A model generated the notes under the pieces. The model was not told the origin of the DNA. It saw only the letters and a program-made list of their open reading frames with translations, and did no database searches. Positions 25,678 through 38,901 of a stretch of 64,000 bases of DNA are shown piece after piece. Position 1 is the stretch's first letter. Every line of letters begins with the position of its first letter. The translations under genes were made by a program, and so were the position numbers. The stretch is taken from NCBI RefSeq assembly GCF_001194135.2, contig NC_068982.1, positions 58,711,976 through 58,775,975 of the forward strand, written 5' to 3'. This stretch comes from Octopus bimaculoides. Its lineage: Eukaryota.

Positions 25678-25767
25678 CATGGACGGTGAAGAGGTGGTGT
25701 TGATATGCCGTGTTCTTGTCCGCTGCTTCCGAAATCCGTAGTACCGAGGAATGAGTGTGCTTCTGAA
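25678..25767 (-). CDS. Candidate 90-nt exon; product unknown
   Basis: Donor ATG|GTAAGT, acceptor TACAG| with a weak pyrimidine tract, ~50% GC in AT-rich flanks, and all three frames open. Confidence 0.35.
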
Positions 25768-26099
25768 CTGTATTAGCTTAGCACGTTATATGCATGAAAA
25801 TATTAGCCTTTCTATAGATATTTAAGCATTTAGAAACACATCGGAATATACCAATAGTATATTTAACGGTGTATCTTTTTATCTTTAACTTGTTTCAATA
25901 TGTGGCCATACTGGGGCACCGCCTGGAAGAGCTTTCTGTCGAACGAATCGATACCCACTACTTATTTTTATTATAAGCGTTTTAAGTATTCGATCGGTGT
26001 CTTTTGCCGAACCTCTAATATTACGGGGTTGTAAAGTGGTGATGTAACACACACACACACGTACGTACGTACGTACGCTCGCACGCACAACCATACCAA

Positions 26100-26318
26100 T
26101 ACGGGGAAGGGGGTGCTGAAAAGTTCCTGGCTTTTGGTAAAGGAAGGAAGATCAGTTAATTATGATTTTATTCAACTTATTCCCTTCTCAGATTCGCACA
26201 CTTATTGCAGCGGTCCTTCAGTTTTTATAAACTCTGTAAAAGAACTCGTAATGTTGGGTCTCCGACCGGGCCTTTCACGACACCCGTAAAGGCGGGAACT
26301 TTTTAGCACCTCCTCGTG
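26100..26318. mobile_element. Mariner-derived MITE
   Basis: Imperfect TIRs: left GGGGTGCTGAAAAGTTCC, right GGAACTTTTTAGCACCTCCTCGT. The TACGAGGG-type ends are typical of mariner. Confidence 0.75.
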
Positions 26319-26669
26319 TTTATATATATGTATAAAGACGGGTGTCTTTCAGTTTCCGTCTACCAACTCACAAGGCTTCGGTTGGCCCGAGACTATTGTA
26401 AAAGACACTTGCCCAAGGTGCCAAGTTGTGGAACTGAACCCGGAACCATGTATGTATACGTAGATTTATTAGAAAAGGAGCGAAGCTGCAGGTCCTTAAA
26501 CAGTTGTTTCAATGCATTGTCTTCATCTCGCTGGTTTTAGAAGAAATCTCCCCATCTGGAAGGCAGCTGGCTCCAATGACAGCACAAAATTTTAAAATCA
26601 TCTTTTTTTACCGAAACGTCTATATCACAAAAGACAAACACACACACGCGCACGCACACACACACACAT

Positions 26670-26704
<35 letters not shown>

Positions 26705-26764
26705 CGCACGCACGCACGCACGCACGCACACTTATATCTCTAAATCTAAATCTCTATATCTATC

Positions 26765-26936
26765 CACTAGCGTAGCTAAGAAGGAGGGCGTGCAGTAGGG
26801 GCCGTCCGACCTGGGCGGCACTTTAAAAGGGTGGCACTTTTGGGTCTGTCGTAGGTAATATATGATTTTTGTGGGGTCCGTGGGGCAGCAAACGGAAAGT
26901 CTGTTACGGGCGGCACACACTTTAGCTACGCTAGTG
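26765..26936. mobile_element. hAT-type MITE (172 bp)
   Basis: Perfect 15-bp TIR CACTAGCGTAGCTAA at 26765-26779 and 26922-26936. 8-bp direct repeat TATCTATC at 26757-26764 and 26937-26944. GC-rich interior. Confidence 0.8.
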
Positions 26937-27574
26937 TATCTATCTATATATATATATATGTACGTACACACACATTGTGTATTATTACACATGCATTCAT
27001 CCATACGTATATACGTATGTAGGACTACGATACAGTACCTAGCTTTATTTGTTACTACACGCAGCCGCTGGGTTCAAAATCCGTCGATGTCAGTTGTAGC
27101 TCTTTCATTTTCCCTGGTTCGTGAAATCAACGCAAAGTATGAAGCGTCGAACCAGATCAATTCAGGGTTATGTGTTTCATCTAATTTAGCTGCAGACGAC
27201 CGCGACATTACGTGACCACACAGAATGGCGTTTTGGAGAGCATAGGTTTGCGTGCATGTGTAACTCGTCGTCTGCCTCAAGATCCAACAGACGTCCTGGA
27301 GTGGAAGTTCAGAGAAACTGTGAGCAGAGACACGTGGTCAGCATTGAACGAAAACAGCCTGCTGGCATATGTGTGTGTGCGCGCGCATATGCGTGCGTAT
27401 GTGCGCGCGTGATTGTATGTGTCCTTGAGTACATACATGCAAACACACACACATCCACGCGCGCACATAAAGGTGAGTAGGTATACTTGGATTTGCATAT
27501 ACTTATATGTATATACAGATACATACATACATGTATATGTATGTATATGTATGTATATACATACATAATATAAA

Positions 27575-27722
27575 TGCATATATGGGTACAGGACGTCACA
27601 AAACGTAAACAAAGAGAAATTAGGGTATGCAAACAACGAGAGAAAGAGAAGTAAAACAAGACGAATAACAAAGAGCCACCCTTCATCAGTTGTCGGTGGT
27701 CCATCTACTCCTCATTTCGAGC
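27575..27722 (-). mobile_element. Family F fragment
   Basis: TATGGGTACAGGACGTC and CCCTTCATCAGTTGTC...CCATCTACTC mirror 38425-38595. Confidence 0.6.
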
Positions 27723-28000
27723 ATTTAACGACACAACCAGCGAGAGAAAGACAATGCATTGAATAACCGCTTAAGGACCTGCAGCTTCGCTCCTTTTCTA
27801 ATAAATCTACGTATACATGGTTCCGGGTTCAGTTCCACAACTTAGCACCTTGGGCAAGTGTCTTTTACAATAGACTCGGGCCAATCGAAGCCTTGTGAGC
27901 TGGTTGACGGAAACTGAATGACACCTATCTTTATATATATAACTTTACGAACAACTGGGCAAGTACTAAATACAGTGATGTATTTATGCCTATACGAATG

Positions 28001-28034
<34 letters not shown>

Positions 28035-28411
28035 NNNNNNNNNNNNNNNNNNNNNNNNNNNNNNNNNNNNNNNNNNNNNNNNNNNNNNNNNNNNNNNNNN
28101 NNNNNNNNNNNNNNNNNNNNNNNNNNNNNNNNNNNNNNNNNNNNNNNNNNNNNNNNNNNNNNNNNNNNNNNNNNNNNNNNNNNNNNNNNNNNNNNNNNNN
28201 NNNNNNNNNNNNNNNNNNNNNNNNNNNNNNNNNNNNNNNNNNNNNNNNNNNNNNNNNNNNNNNNNNNNNNNNNNNNNNNNNNNNNNNNNNNNNNNNNNAC
28301 AGAACCCGGAATTATGTGGTTGGGAAGCAAACTTCTTATCACATAGCCACGCATAACATGTATATTGCATGCATATACACAAAAGTACGCACACACAAAT
28401 CTTCTTCTTCT

Positions 28412-28442
<31 letters not shown>

Positions 28443-28744
28443 CATCATTATCGTTAAGTAGAATATCCCTACTTTCTATTACGAGTATTAATTTCGCTAT
28501 AATTGCCTTCTTAAGTGACGTGACGTAATATCTGCTATTCCTTCCTTATATATTGATTAGTTTTTGTTTTTTTAAGAATCAATAAATGAACCCACTCCCG
28601 CATATGTTTTAAGAGCCATTTTATGGCGAGACTAATTGTTCTAATATATAGACGCAATATCCATGTGTGTATTTGTGGGGGTGGAATGCGTGTGTGGAGT
28701 TAAAGAGAACATTAACTGCAATAGAAAGAACTGGTTTTCAGTAT

Positions 28745-29320
28745 TGGCAGAAAGGCAGTGAGCTGGCAGAATCGTTTGCGAGTCGGGCAATATGAGTGGC
28801 GGCATTTCTTCCGGTTCTTTTCCGTTTTTGAGATCAAATTCCGCCGACATGAACTGTACCTTTTATCTTCTCAAGGTCGATGAAATAAGTACCAGTTGAC
28901 CATCTTATCCCCAAATTTCAGACCTGGTATTTAATAGTACAAAGGATTATTATTGTTATAAGGGTGAGGGCTGACGGAAGAATCGGTAGAGTACCGGACA
29001 AAAATCTGAGTCAGCGTTTTGTAACAGTCGTATAAGTTTCGAGTTCAAATCGAATGCTGGCGGGATCTAATTTCGCCCTAATATTTCCAGGGATTAGTGG
29101 TTTAAATTATTGATTTCAAATTTTTGGAACAAAACCAGCAATTGCAGGGGTAAGTTGATTATATCGACCCCAATCTTCAACTGATATTTATTTTATCGAT
29201 CACCGGAAGGATAAAAGGCAAAGTCGACCTCGGCAGAATTTGAACTCAAAACTAGAAGACAGAAGAAATGCCGCTCAACGTTTTTTCCCGGTGTGCTAAT
29301 AGTTCTACTAGCTCGCAATC
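28745..29320. mobile_element. SINE B cluster: two + copies then one - copy
   Basis: 28745-28950 (+), degraded 28960-29090 (+), 29110-29320 (-). Confidence 0.75.
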
Positions 29321-29571
29321 TCCGTGGTTTAGATTATTAAAATTTTTGTTTATTTCAAAACAACTCTACATTCATACGAAACAGAAATTTTCCCAAATAC
29401 GTACATTGTAAGAGTAATTACTCTTATAGCGCTTTTCAGCAAGATGCAAAAGTAAAATTGCAGATTTCAGAGAATGTAGATTTTGATATTACTAAAAATT
29501 TGTTTAAGCCGGTGTGCTTCGGTCTTCTTTGACCATTGGAAATTCTTCCAAATAACTTTGTTGGTATAATC

Positions 29572-29617
<46 letters not shown>

Positions 29618-30228
29618 GTATAGGNNNNNNNNNNGGCTGGACAGTACAGGTGACATTAAGTTGCAAGAATATGCAAGAATATTACAGTCACATGCATGGC
29701 TGTGTCGTTAAGAAATTCAGTTTGCAAACACATGATTTCGGGCTCAATCTCACAACTCGGCTCTTTGGGGCAAGTGTCTTTTATGGCAATAACTGTCGGG
29801 GTCTTGTAACTAAATTTGGTAGACGAAAACTGTGGAAAGGAATAGTGTGTGTGTGTGTGCGCGTCTTCTCACAGTTTTACAACCGGGGTTGGTTTGTTTA
29901 CGTCTCTGTAGCTTAGCGGTTCAGCAAAAGAGAGTAATACTAGAGCAAGTATCCGACTTGTAAAAATAAGCACTGTGATCGATTTGTTTGGCTAGCAATC
30001 AGAGCGATGCTCCAGCAAGGTCGCAGTTCAAAGCACCGAAATAAGTAACAGAATTAAGTTAAAAGAAAGTGTATGCCCCATTATTTCATCATAAGTAGTG
30101 TACATGATGGTTGCTCTCTTGGTAAGCAGGCGCTGAAACCGAAAGTTAATATTTGCCAGATAGCGCTTATAGACCGAGAAACTCGGATTATACACTTGTT
30201 GAAAACCCAGTTCTTCGACTGCTATCGT

Positions 30229-30259
<31 letters not shown>

Positions 30260-30309
30260 TACACACACATGTACAAGCATATATCTATATATATCTATCC
30301 ATATATATG

Positions 30310-30368
<59 letters not shown>

Positions 30369-31256
30369 GCATATATATATGTGTGTGTGTACACATATCT
30401 ATATATATATACATGCAAACATATATACGCAGACACACACACACACACACATATATATACATATGATATATATATNNNNNNNNNNNNNNNNNNNNNNNNN
30501 NNNNNNNNNNNNNNNNNNNNNNNNNNNNNNNNNNNNNNNNNNNNNNNNNNNNNNNNNNNNNNNNNNNNNNNNNNNNNNNNNNNNNNNNNNNNNNNNNNNN
30601 NNNNNNNNNNNNNNNNNNNNNNNNNNNNNNNNNNNNNNNNNNNNNNNNNNNNNNNNNNNNNNNNNNNNNNNNNNNNNNNNNNNNNNNNNNNNNNNNNNNN
30701 NNNNNNNNNNNNNNNNNNNNNNNNNNNNNNNNNNNNNNNNNNNNNNNNNNNNNNNNNNNNNNNNNNNNNNNNNNNNNNNNNNNNNNNNNNNNNNNNNNNN
30801 NNNNNNNNNNNNNNNNNNNNNNNNNNNNNNNNNNNNNNNNNNNNNNNNNNNNNNNNNNNNNNNNNNNNNNNNNNNNNNNNNNNNNNNNNNNNNNNNNNNN
30901 NNNNNNNNNNNNNNNNNNNNNNNNNNNNNNNNNNNNNNNNNNNNNNNNNNNNNNNNNNNNNNNNNNNNNNNNNNNNNNNNNNNNNNNNNNNNNNNNNNNN
31001 NNNNNNNNNNNNNNNNNNNNNNNNNNNNNNNNNNNNNNNNNNNNNNNNNNNNNNNNNNNNNNNNNNNNNNNNNNNNNNNNNNNNNNNNNNNNNNNNNNNN
31101 NNNNNNNNNNNNNNNNNNNNNNNNNNNNNNNNNNNNNNNNNNNNNNNNNNNNNNNNNNNNNNNNNNNNNNNNNNNNNNNNNNNNNNNNNNNNNNNNNNNN
31201 NNNNNNNNNNNNNNNNNNNNNNNNNNNNNNNNNNNNNNNNNNNNNNNNNNNNNNNC

Positions 31257-31288
<32 letters not shown>

Positions 31289-31336
31289 ATATATACACAT
31301 ATACATATAAATATATATATAACATATACATACATG

Positions 31337-31381
<45 letters not shown>

Positions 31382-32249
31382 TATATATATATATCTCAAT
31401 TTCGTAACTTTGAAGTGACTAGCACCCTACTTTTGTTAAGTTAAATAAACATGTATACTGCTATAAGTATTTAAAAAGTTTTTACATATTACGTGATATA
31501 TAAAAAATATATATCTGCCTGTGTGTGTATGTATATACATACGTGTACACACAGACACATACACACAAACACACACACAGACAAACACACACACACACAC
31601 ACACACACAGGACAGAGGAGAAAAAACTTCTAAACGTAAGAGGGATAAATTAAACCAAGCATATGCACACACAAACGCACGCATACACACACANNNNNNN
31701 NNNNNNNNNNNNNNNNNNNNNNNNNNNNNNNNNNNNNNNNNNNNNNNNNNNNNNNNNNNNNNNNNNNNNNNNNNNNNNNNNNNNNNNNNNNNNNNNNNNN
31801 NNNNNNNNNNNNNNNNNNNNNNNNNNNNNNNNNNNNNNNNNNNNNNNNNNNNNNNNNNNNNNNNNNNNNNNNNNNNNNNNNNNNNNNNNNNNNNNNNNNN
31901 NNNNNNNNNNNNNNNNNNNNNNNNNNNNNNNNNNNNNNNNNNNNNNNNNNNNNNNNNNNNNNNNNNNNNNNNNNNNNNNNNNNNNNNNNNNNNNNNNNNN
32001 NNNNNNNNNNNNNNNNNNNNNNNNNNNNNNNNNNNNNNNNNNNNNNNNNNNNNNNNNNNNNNNNNNNNNNNNNNNNNNNNNNNNNNNNNNNNNNNNNNNN
32101 NNNNNNNNNNNNNNNNNNNNNNNNNNNNNNNNNNNNNNNNNNNNNNTATATATATGGCTATAGTAGAAGATACTTGCCCAATGTGACACGCAGTGGGACC
32201 GAACCCAGAACCATGTGGTTAGGAAGCAAGCTTCTTACCCACAGCGCGA

Positions 32250-32335
32250 CACCTTGGGCAAGTGTCTTCTGCTATAGGTTTTGTTCGACCAAAGCAGTGT
32301 GGTTGATTTTATAGGCGGAAACTGAAAGAAGCTGG

Positions 32336-32376
<41 letters not shown>

Positions 32377-33017
32377 CATACATAAAATATTTATTTTAGT
32401 TTTGTATGTGTGTCTCTGTGCCTATCTATCTTTGTCTCCCACCACCGCGTGTTCACGTCCACGTAAATAGCAGTTCAACAAAATGGATCGATGGAATAAG
32501 TACCAGGCTTTTAAAACACGTTCTGGGGTCGATTTATTTGACTATAATTGTTCAAGGCGGTCCTCCAGCATGGCCGCTGTCTAATGACTGAAACAAAAGA
32601 AAGATGACACATTTAACTGCGGGCCATGCTGGAGCACCGCCTTTTAGTCGAACAATTCGACCTCAGGACTTATTCTTCGTATGCCAAGTACTTATTCTAT
32701 CGTTTTCTTTTGCAGAACCGCTAAGTTACGGGGACGTAAACACACCAACATCTGTTGTCAAGCGATGGTCGGAGGACAAACACAGACACGCAAACATATA
32801 TATATAAACGACGGGCTTTTTCAGTTTCTGTCTACCAAATCCACTCAAAAGGCTTTGGTCGGCCCGTGGCTATAGTAGAAGACACTTGCCCAATGTGACA
32901 CGCAGTAGGACTGAACACAGANNNNNNNNNNAGAAGACACTTGCCCAATGTGACACGCAGTAGGACTGAACATAGAACCATGTGGTTTAGAAGCAAGCTT
33001 CTCACCACACAGCTACA
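32250..33017. mobile_element. Two SINE A copies tail-to-tail (32250-32605 +, 32610-33017 -)
   Basis: The 3' halves are adjacent and inverted. Confidence 0.8.
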
Positions 33018-33235
33018 TGTGTGTGTTTGTTTAATAAGTTTTCGTCGTCGTCGTATAAGTCAACTATAAATTTCTTTTGCTTTTAATATTTTGAAGTAGT
33101 TTATTCTACGTCAGCTGCAACACACCTGTCCTATAAAACACACATATATATACACACATGAAAAAATATATACCTACACATAGACGCACGGAATTCTCAT
33201 TCATATACACATACATGCTCATAAAAATATGCACA

Positions 33236-33281
<46 letters not shown>

Positions 33282-33512
33282 AACCTATATACATATGTTT
33301 ATGCGCATATGCATACTTCATAAACAACAACGCACACATACGCATATATTTCTATCTATGTGCGTATGCATACAAATGTGTAAGTTTATGTATTTGTAGG
33401 TATATATATGTGTATATAGAACTCCCTTCTCCACTCTCTCTGTCTATCTGTGTGTCTGTCTCTCAGACACAAACATACATACATGCACTCACTCGTTTTC
33501 ACTCATATATTC

Positions 33513-33555
<43 letters not shown>

Positions 33556-33649
33556 AGCTCTAATTTTTCCGTTCTCTCACTTTCGAAAACTCACACACAC
33601 GCATACACATAAATACACACGGTCACACAAAATACGTACACGCATAGCT

Positions 33650-34268
33650 ACACTCGTACACACGTACACTCCCACTCATTCTCCTCCTCACACACACCCT
33701 ATCTGTCCCTAACTCATACTCCCTATGATAACTATTTTTATCTCCACCTCTTCTTCCAAACCTTATCCACGGCCACCACCCACTATCACCCAATACACAT
33801 GTTACACTTTCTTTTTCACTTCTTTTCTTTCTTTCGTCATACCACCAGTTCATTTTCTCTCTCTCTCTCCCTCGGTCTTCTTCTGTCTCTGTCTCTCTCT
33901 CTGTCTGTCTCTCTCTTTCACTCTCTCCTGCGTCTTCAAAACAGTCTGTCGTCAACACCTTCTACTCCTCTTCCTCATCCCTTTACTCTTTCTTATCCAT
34001 CCCCTATGCCTCCTACTACCATACTTGTGACACTCCCCATCCTCTATCACATACCAAGAGACAGACAGATAGACATACAGACATTAAGATATAGATAGAT
34101 AGATAGATAGATAGATAGAGGGAAGGAGGGAGGGAGAAGGTCAAAAACGTCAGCACAAATAAAAAAAATGAAAAGTAAACAAAACAAAGATAAACAATAA
34201 GACTACCCCCTCCTTCCCTGTTACATTAGACAAAGTCATTTAATAGTAGCAGGCGTAGAGAAGCGTGC

Positions 34269-34305
<37 letters not shown>

Positions 34306-35193
34306 TATGATAAAGTTTTGTGTACATATACATTCACACATATATGCACACACACTCACGCACACACACACTTACACACAACTGTGTTTACAGACACATG
34401 TGTTTGTGTATGTGCGCGTGTCATAAGCGCGTACATGCGTAAAACGTTGCAAATTATGTGTGTCTATTCAATATTATATGTGCATGCGTGTGTGCTTATG
34501 ACATGTATGACGATATATATATATACGTATGTATGTGTGTGTGAGTGCGTGTGTGTGTCTGAGAGGGAGAGAGAGAAAGAGGGAGAGAGAGAAAGAGAGA
34601 GAGAGAGTTGTGCGGGTAGGCGGACGTTCACCAAGAGAATTTGAGTAGTGAAGTAATAATAAACAAGCAAAAAGTGAAGAAAATTTACAAAAAAAAAAAA
34701 CACTGAAGAGAAATTAAAAACAAACAAAAATATATACACGGAGGTGGACCGAATATTTTTAAAAAAGATAAGAAACAAAACATGCAAAAGAAAAAAGTGG
34801 ACGACAACCGTAGCTGATGACGACGACAGCGACTACGAGCAAGCACGCCCGCCCGCCACTATATCTATCATCGTCAGCTCAGTCTCTGTGTGTGTGTGTA
34901 TGTGTGTATGTGTCTATGTGTGTGCGTGCGTGTGTGCAGATATATTCATGTATGCAAATATGATAAGAACGAGAGGAGGTGGGTGTGATTACCAATGCCA
35001 AAACACTAACCAATCCCAGCATATAGTCAAGTGACTAGTAAAACCGACCAGACCTCCACAATGTCCGCCTACTTATAAGCTCGCACGCGTCAGCCGGCAT
35101 TAATTCCTTTTATTATTATTATTATTATTATTTTACGGTTTGTCTTCTTTTTTTCCTTTTTCCTGTTTCCTTCGTTTAAATCTAATGACAGAA

Positions 35194-35230
<37 letters not shown>

Positions 35231-35569
35231 TATGTAGAGAGACAAACAGAGAGAAAATAGTCTCAAGTTAAGTCAACACCAACAACTATAAAGCCAGTCG
35301 GTCTATTTTTTTGTTTTTATGTATTCATCATTACTACCAACGTTGTCTCCTTCTTCTTCGTCGTCGTCGTCGTCGTCATCAGTTGCCTCCCCTCCTTCTA
35401 CTCTTTTCTTAACGACGCACTTTCCGTTTTACCCGTCGCCAACACCTCCAACTGTTACTAACACTTACTATAGAATCGTGATAGTAGTGGTGGGTGTTTC
35501 ATGCGAACATACCCAAGCAGACACACGCGCGCACATACACACACAAACACATACACATATATAACATTA

Positions 35570-35647
<78 letters not shown>

Positions 35648-36653
35648 ACATATAGCTATATGTGTTATTGTATGTATAAGCTACTTCCATTCAGTACACA
35701 ACTGTAACTACCACCTTCACACATTGTAACATAGGCACGCGTGCCGATAGATACAACAGCTGTCAATCACAGTAGTTTAAGGCCGCCCGTGTGAGTGTGA
35801 GGGTGAGTGTGTCGTAAAGAGGGAGAGAGAGAGAGAGAAAAGGAAAAAGAAAGGTAGAAAGAGAGAGAGAGAGAGATGAAGAGAGCTGATAGACAGTTCG
35901 ACGGAGGGGAGAAGGACTGAAGGAAAATTACAGTTAGAAAGAAAGAGAGAGAGAGAGAGAAAGTGGCGAAGACAGAGCTTGAGTGACTGAAAGAAGAAAA
36001 CAAACAAAATCAAAGAGAGAGATAGAAAGGGAGGAGAGGGTGGGAGACAGATAGACAGAGGGAAAGTTAGAAAGTGTGTGAGAGAGAAAGACAGGGTGAA
36101 GGAGAAAGTTGGATCTGTCACAGAGAGAGAGGGGCAGAGTTAAAGAGAGAGGTGGGAGAAGTCAAGGGGGGACAAGAGGTCTGTGAGAGAGGGTGAAAAG
36201 GAAAAGAGGAGGGTCAGGTGACGTGGTAAAGGCGATAAAGGCATAGTGTGTGTGTGTGTGTGTTTAAATAGAGATAGACTAAGAGAGTATATAGCAGCAG
36301 TCAACGACTCAGAGGGAAAGACATACGTACATACATGTATGAGTGTGAGTGTGTGTGTATTGTCCGACTTGATGTATGCATGTCTATGTGTACAAGTGTA
36401 CGTGTGTGGCATATGTAGTGCATATGTGTGTGTGTGTGTCAGAAACAGAGTAAATAATGAGATAGATAAATAGAGGAAGAAATGCTAAGGGGTGGAAAGT
36501 GATCAAAAGGGATGTAAGAGAGAGAGAGAGAGAGAAAGACAAAGAGTGTATAAGTGTATGTTTGAGAGAGAGAGAGAGAAAGAGAGAGAAAGTCAAACTT
36601 GGCAAAGAAAGAAAAGACTAAACAGAGATAGACTTGAGTGGAGGTGGTGGCGT

Positions 36654-36700
<47 letters not shown>
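33650..36700. repeat. Low-complexity zone of CT/GA-rich, (CA)n and (TG)n tracts
   Basis: Read directly, e.g. (TG)n at 35571-35645 and GA-rich 35815-36240. It contains almost no SINEs, unlike the rest of the window. Confidence 0.85.
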
Positions 36701-36701
<1 letters not shown>

Positions 36702-38413
36702 NNNNNNNNNNNNNNNNNNNNNNNNNNNNNNNNNNNNNNNNNNNNNNNNNNNNNNNNNNNNNNNNNNNNNNNNNNNNNNNNNNNNNNNNNNNNNNNNNNN
36801 NNNNNNNNNNNNNNNNNNNNNNNNNNNNNNNNNNNNNNNNNNNNNNNNNNNNNNNNNNNNNNNNNNNNNNNNNNNNNNNNNNNNNNNNNNNNNNNNNNNN
36901 NNNNNNNNNNNNNNNNNNNNNNNNNNNNNNNNNNNNNNNNNNNNNNNNNNNNNNNNNNNNNNNNNNNNNNNNNNNNNNNNNNNNNNNNNNNNNNNNNNNN
37001 NNNNNNNNNNNNNNNGAGAGAGAGAGAGAGAAAGAGAGAGAAAGTCAAACTTGGCAAAGAAAGAAAAGACTAAACAGAGATAGACTTGAGTGGAGGTGGT
37101 GGCGTCATACATATATATATATATGAGATGCATATACTAACGTACACACAAGTTCTGAAGACAGGGAGGCGAGGAATAAATGCTGTCCATCTAATATTCC
37201 TCCTATAAACGACCGTAACTTCGACTTGCCTACAAAACTTTTTTTTTATTTTTCATTTTCTTTAAATCACACCTTCTTAACATTGCTAGCTATTAGAGAT
37301 CTTGACATGCATATGTTACTTCTATGCATGCATGCATGTATGTATGTATGTATGTATAGGCATGCGTGTATATGTGAATATACATGCATAGATGCATGTG
37401 TGTATATAAATATACATACACGCATATACATATGTATATATATACATATATATATATAAACACTTACATACACACGTACATATATATGTATACTTGTGTG
37501 GTGTGTATTGTACGTGTGAAAATGTATGTATGGTAGTAAAAAAAACCCGCCTTGCAACTACAAGGTCCCGTGTTCGATTCCTTCTGTGTGACAAACTGGT
37601 AAAGTGTTTTTAAGATAAGGTCCGGGACTTCACAATCTTTTTGAACAATATGAGGTTGACTAAACACACACACATATATACACACATAGTCGTATAAATG
37701 AACGTGTGAAAATGTATGTATGTAGTCTTTATGTATGGTTTAGTTAGAACTTTGCCTCGCAACCACGGATTCCCGTGTTCAATTCCACTGCAAGACTGGA
37801 TAAATAGAAGTTGTCGGCTAGATTATATACTTGTTAATATAAAGGTCTAGCCATGTTATAGGTGGTTCTGTCAAAGAATTACATTAAAGGTACACATATC
37901 AGTGGAATACTCGGCCATTCCACGTTAATTTAATAAACGGGCAGTTTCAGTTGATCACATAACTGAACACCCTTTGCGGAAGTCAATGTGTGTGTGTGTG
38001 AATGTTATGTTTGGACGTATGTACGTATTTTATTTTTATTTTTATTTTGATTTATTGTTTTGTTTTTTCACTTGTTTCAGTGATTGGATTGCGGCCAAGC
38101 TGGATCGCTGTTCCTATGTTGGGGTACCGCTTTGAAGGGTTTTAGACGAACAAATCGATCCCAGGGTTTATTTTTTTAAAGTTTTGTACTTATTCTATTG
38201 CAAAGGATCGGGGGCGTAAACAAACCGACAGCGGTTGTCAAACGGTGGGGGAAGGGCAAACACGCACAAACATCTCTTTGGTAGACGGAATCTGTATGGA
38301 ACACGGTGTGTGTGCGTGTATGTATGTGTGTGAAGCAAATACATTTCTTGTGCACGTCCTCATGTTGCCCGTTTTTATTCGTTCATTTGGATTATTTGTT
38401 TGTTTAAATTTAC

Positions 38414-38853
38414 TTTGAAACGCAGAGTAGATGGAACAGGGACAACTGACGAAGGGGTATACTCTTTATATTGCATGTCTCGTTTCTCTGTTTGTTTTTT
38501 CATTGTTCGAAAAAAGTTCGTTTTCTATGTTTTCGTTTCTCATTGTGTTTAAGGTTTTTTTTTGTTTTTTTTTTGATGTCCTGTACCCATATATGTATGT
38601 ATGTATACATATAGATGTAGGTATGTACATACATGTATGGATATATGCATATATTTATATATTATCTATATATATATATAAAACAAATAATAAATGAGTA
38701 TATGCATATATACGTACAGATATGTGCATACCTACGTCTACCTGTATATATAGGTGCATATCTGGGTACAGGACATTACAAACAAAACGTAGACAAAAAA
38801 ATAATAATAACCAGAATACAGGACACACACAGGCCACATAGAGAACATTTTCC

Positions 38854-38860
<7 letters not shown>
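38414..38860. mobile_element. Two family F copies in inverted arrangement
   Basis: 38576-38653 and 38699-38776 are imperfect reverse complements with GTCCTGTACCCA ends. Confidence 0.6.
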
Positions 38861-38891
<31 letters not shown>

Positions 38892-38901
38892 NNNNNNNNN
38901 N

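Larger units (their letters stand above)
26341..27925. repeat. Local inverted duplication: 26341-26536 versus 27735-27925
   Basis: Roughly 90% identity across a SINE A fragment and the same ~80-bp non-SINE junction sequence (GTAGATTTATTAGAAAAGGAGCGAAGCTGCAGGTCCTTAA). Confidence 0.9.

Noticed and set aside
32877-32972. 41-bp direct repeat across a 10-N gap
   Set aside because: Scaffolding overlap artefact.
34985-35105. Two CCAAT words plus TATAA suggesting a Pol II promoter
   Set aside because: Short motifs are expected by chance, and there is no downstream exon support.
36564-37125. ~110-bp direct repeat on both sides of the 36702-37014 gap
   Set aside because: The sequence is identical around a gap and bounded by microsatellites, so it is probably an unmerged contig overlap.
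38417-38452. GAAAC followed by CTGACGA (permuted hammerhead halves), also at ~27683-27720 on the minus strand
   Set aside because: I could not form stem I or II for a type II/III fold. It is kept only as part of the family F hypothesis.
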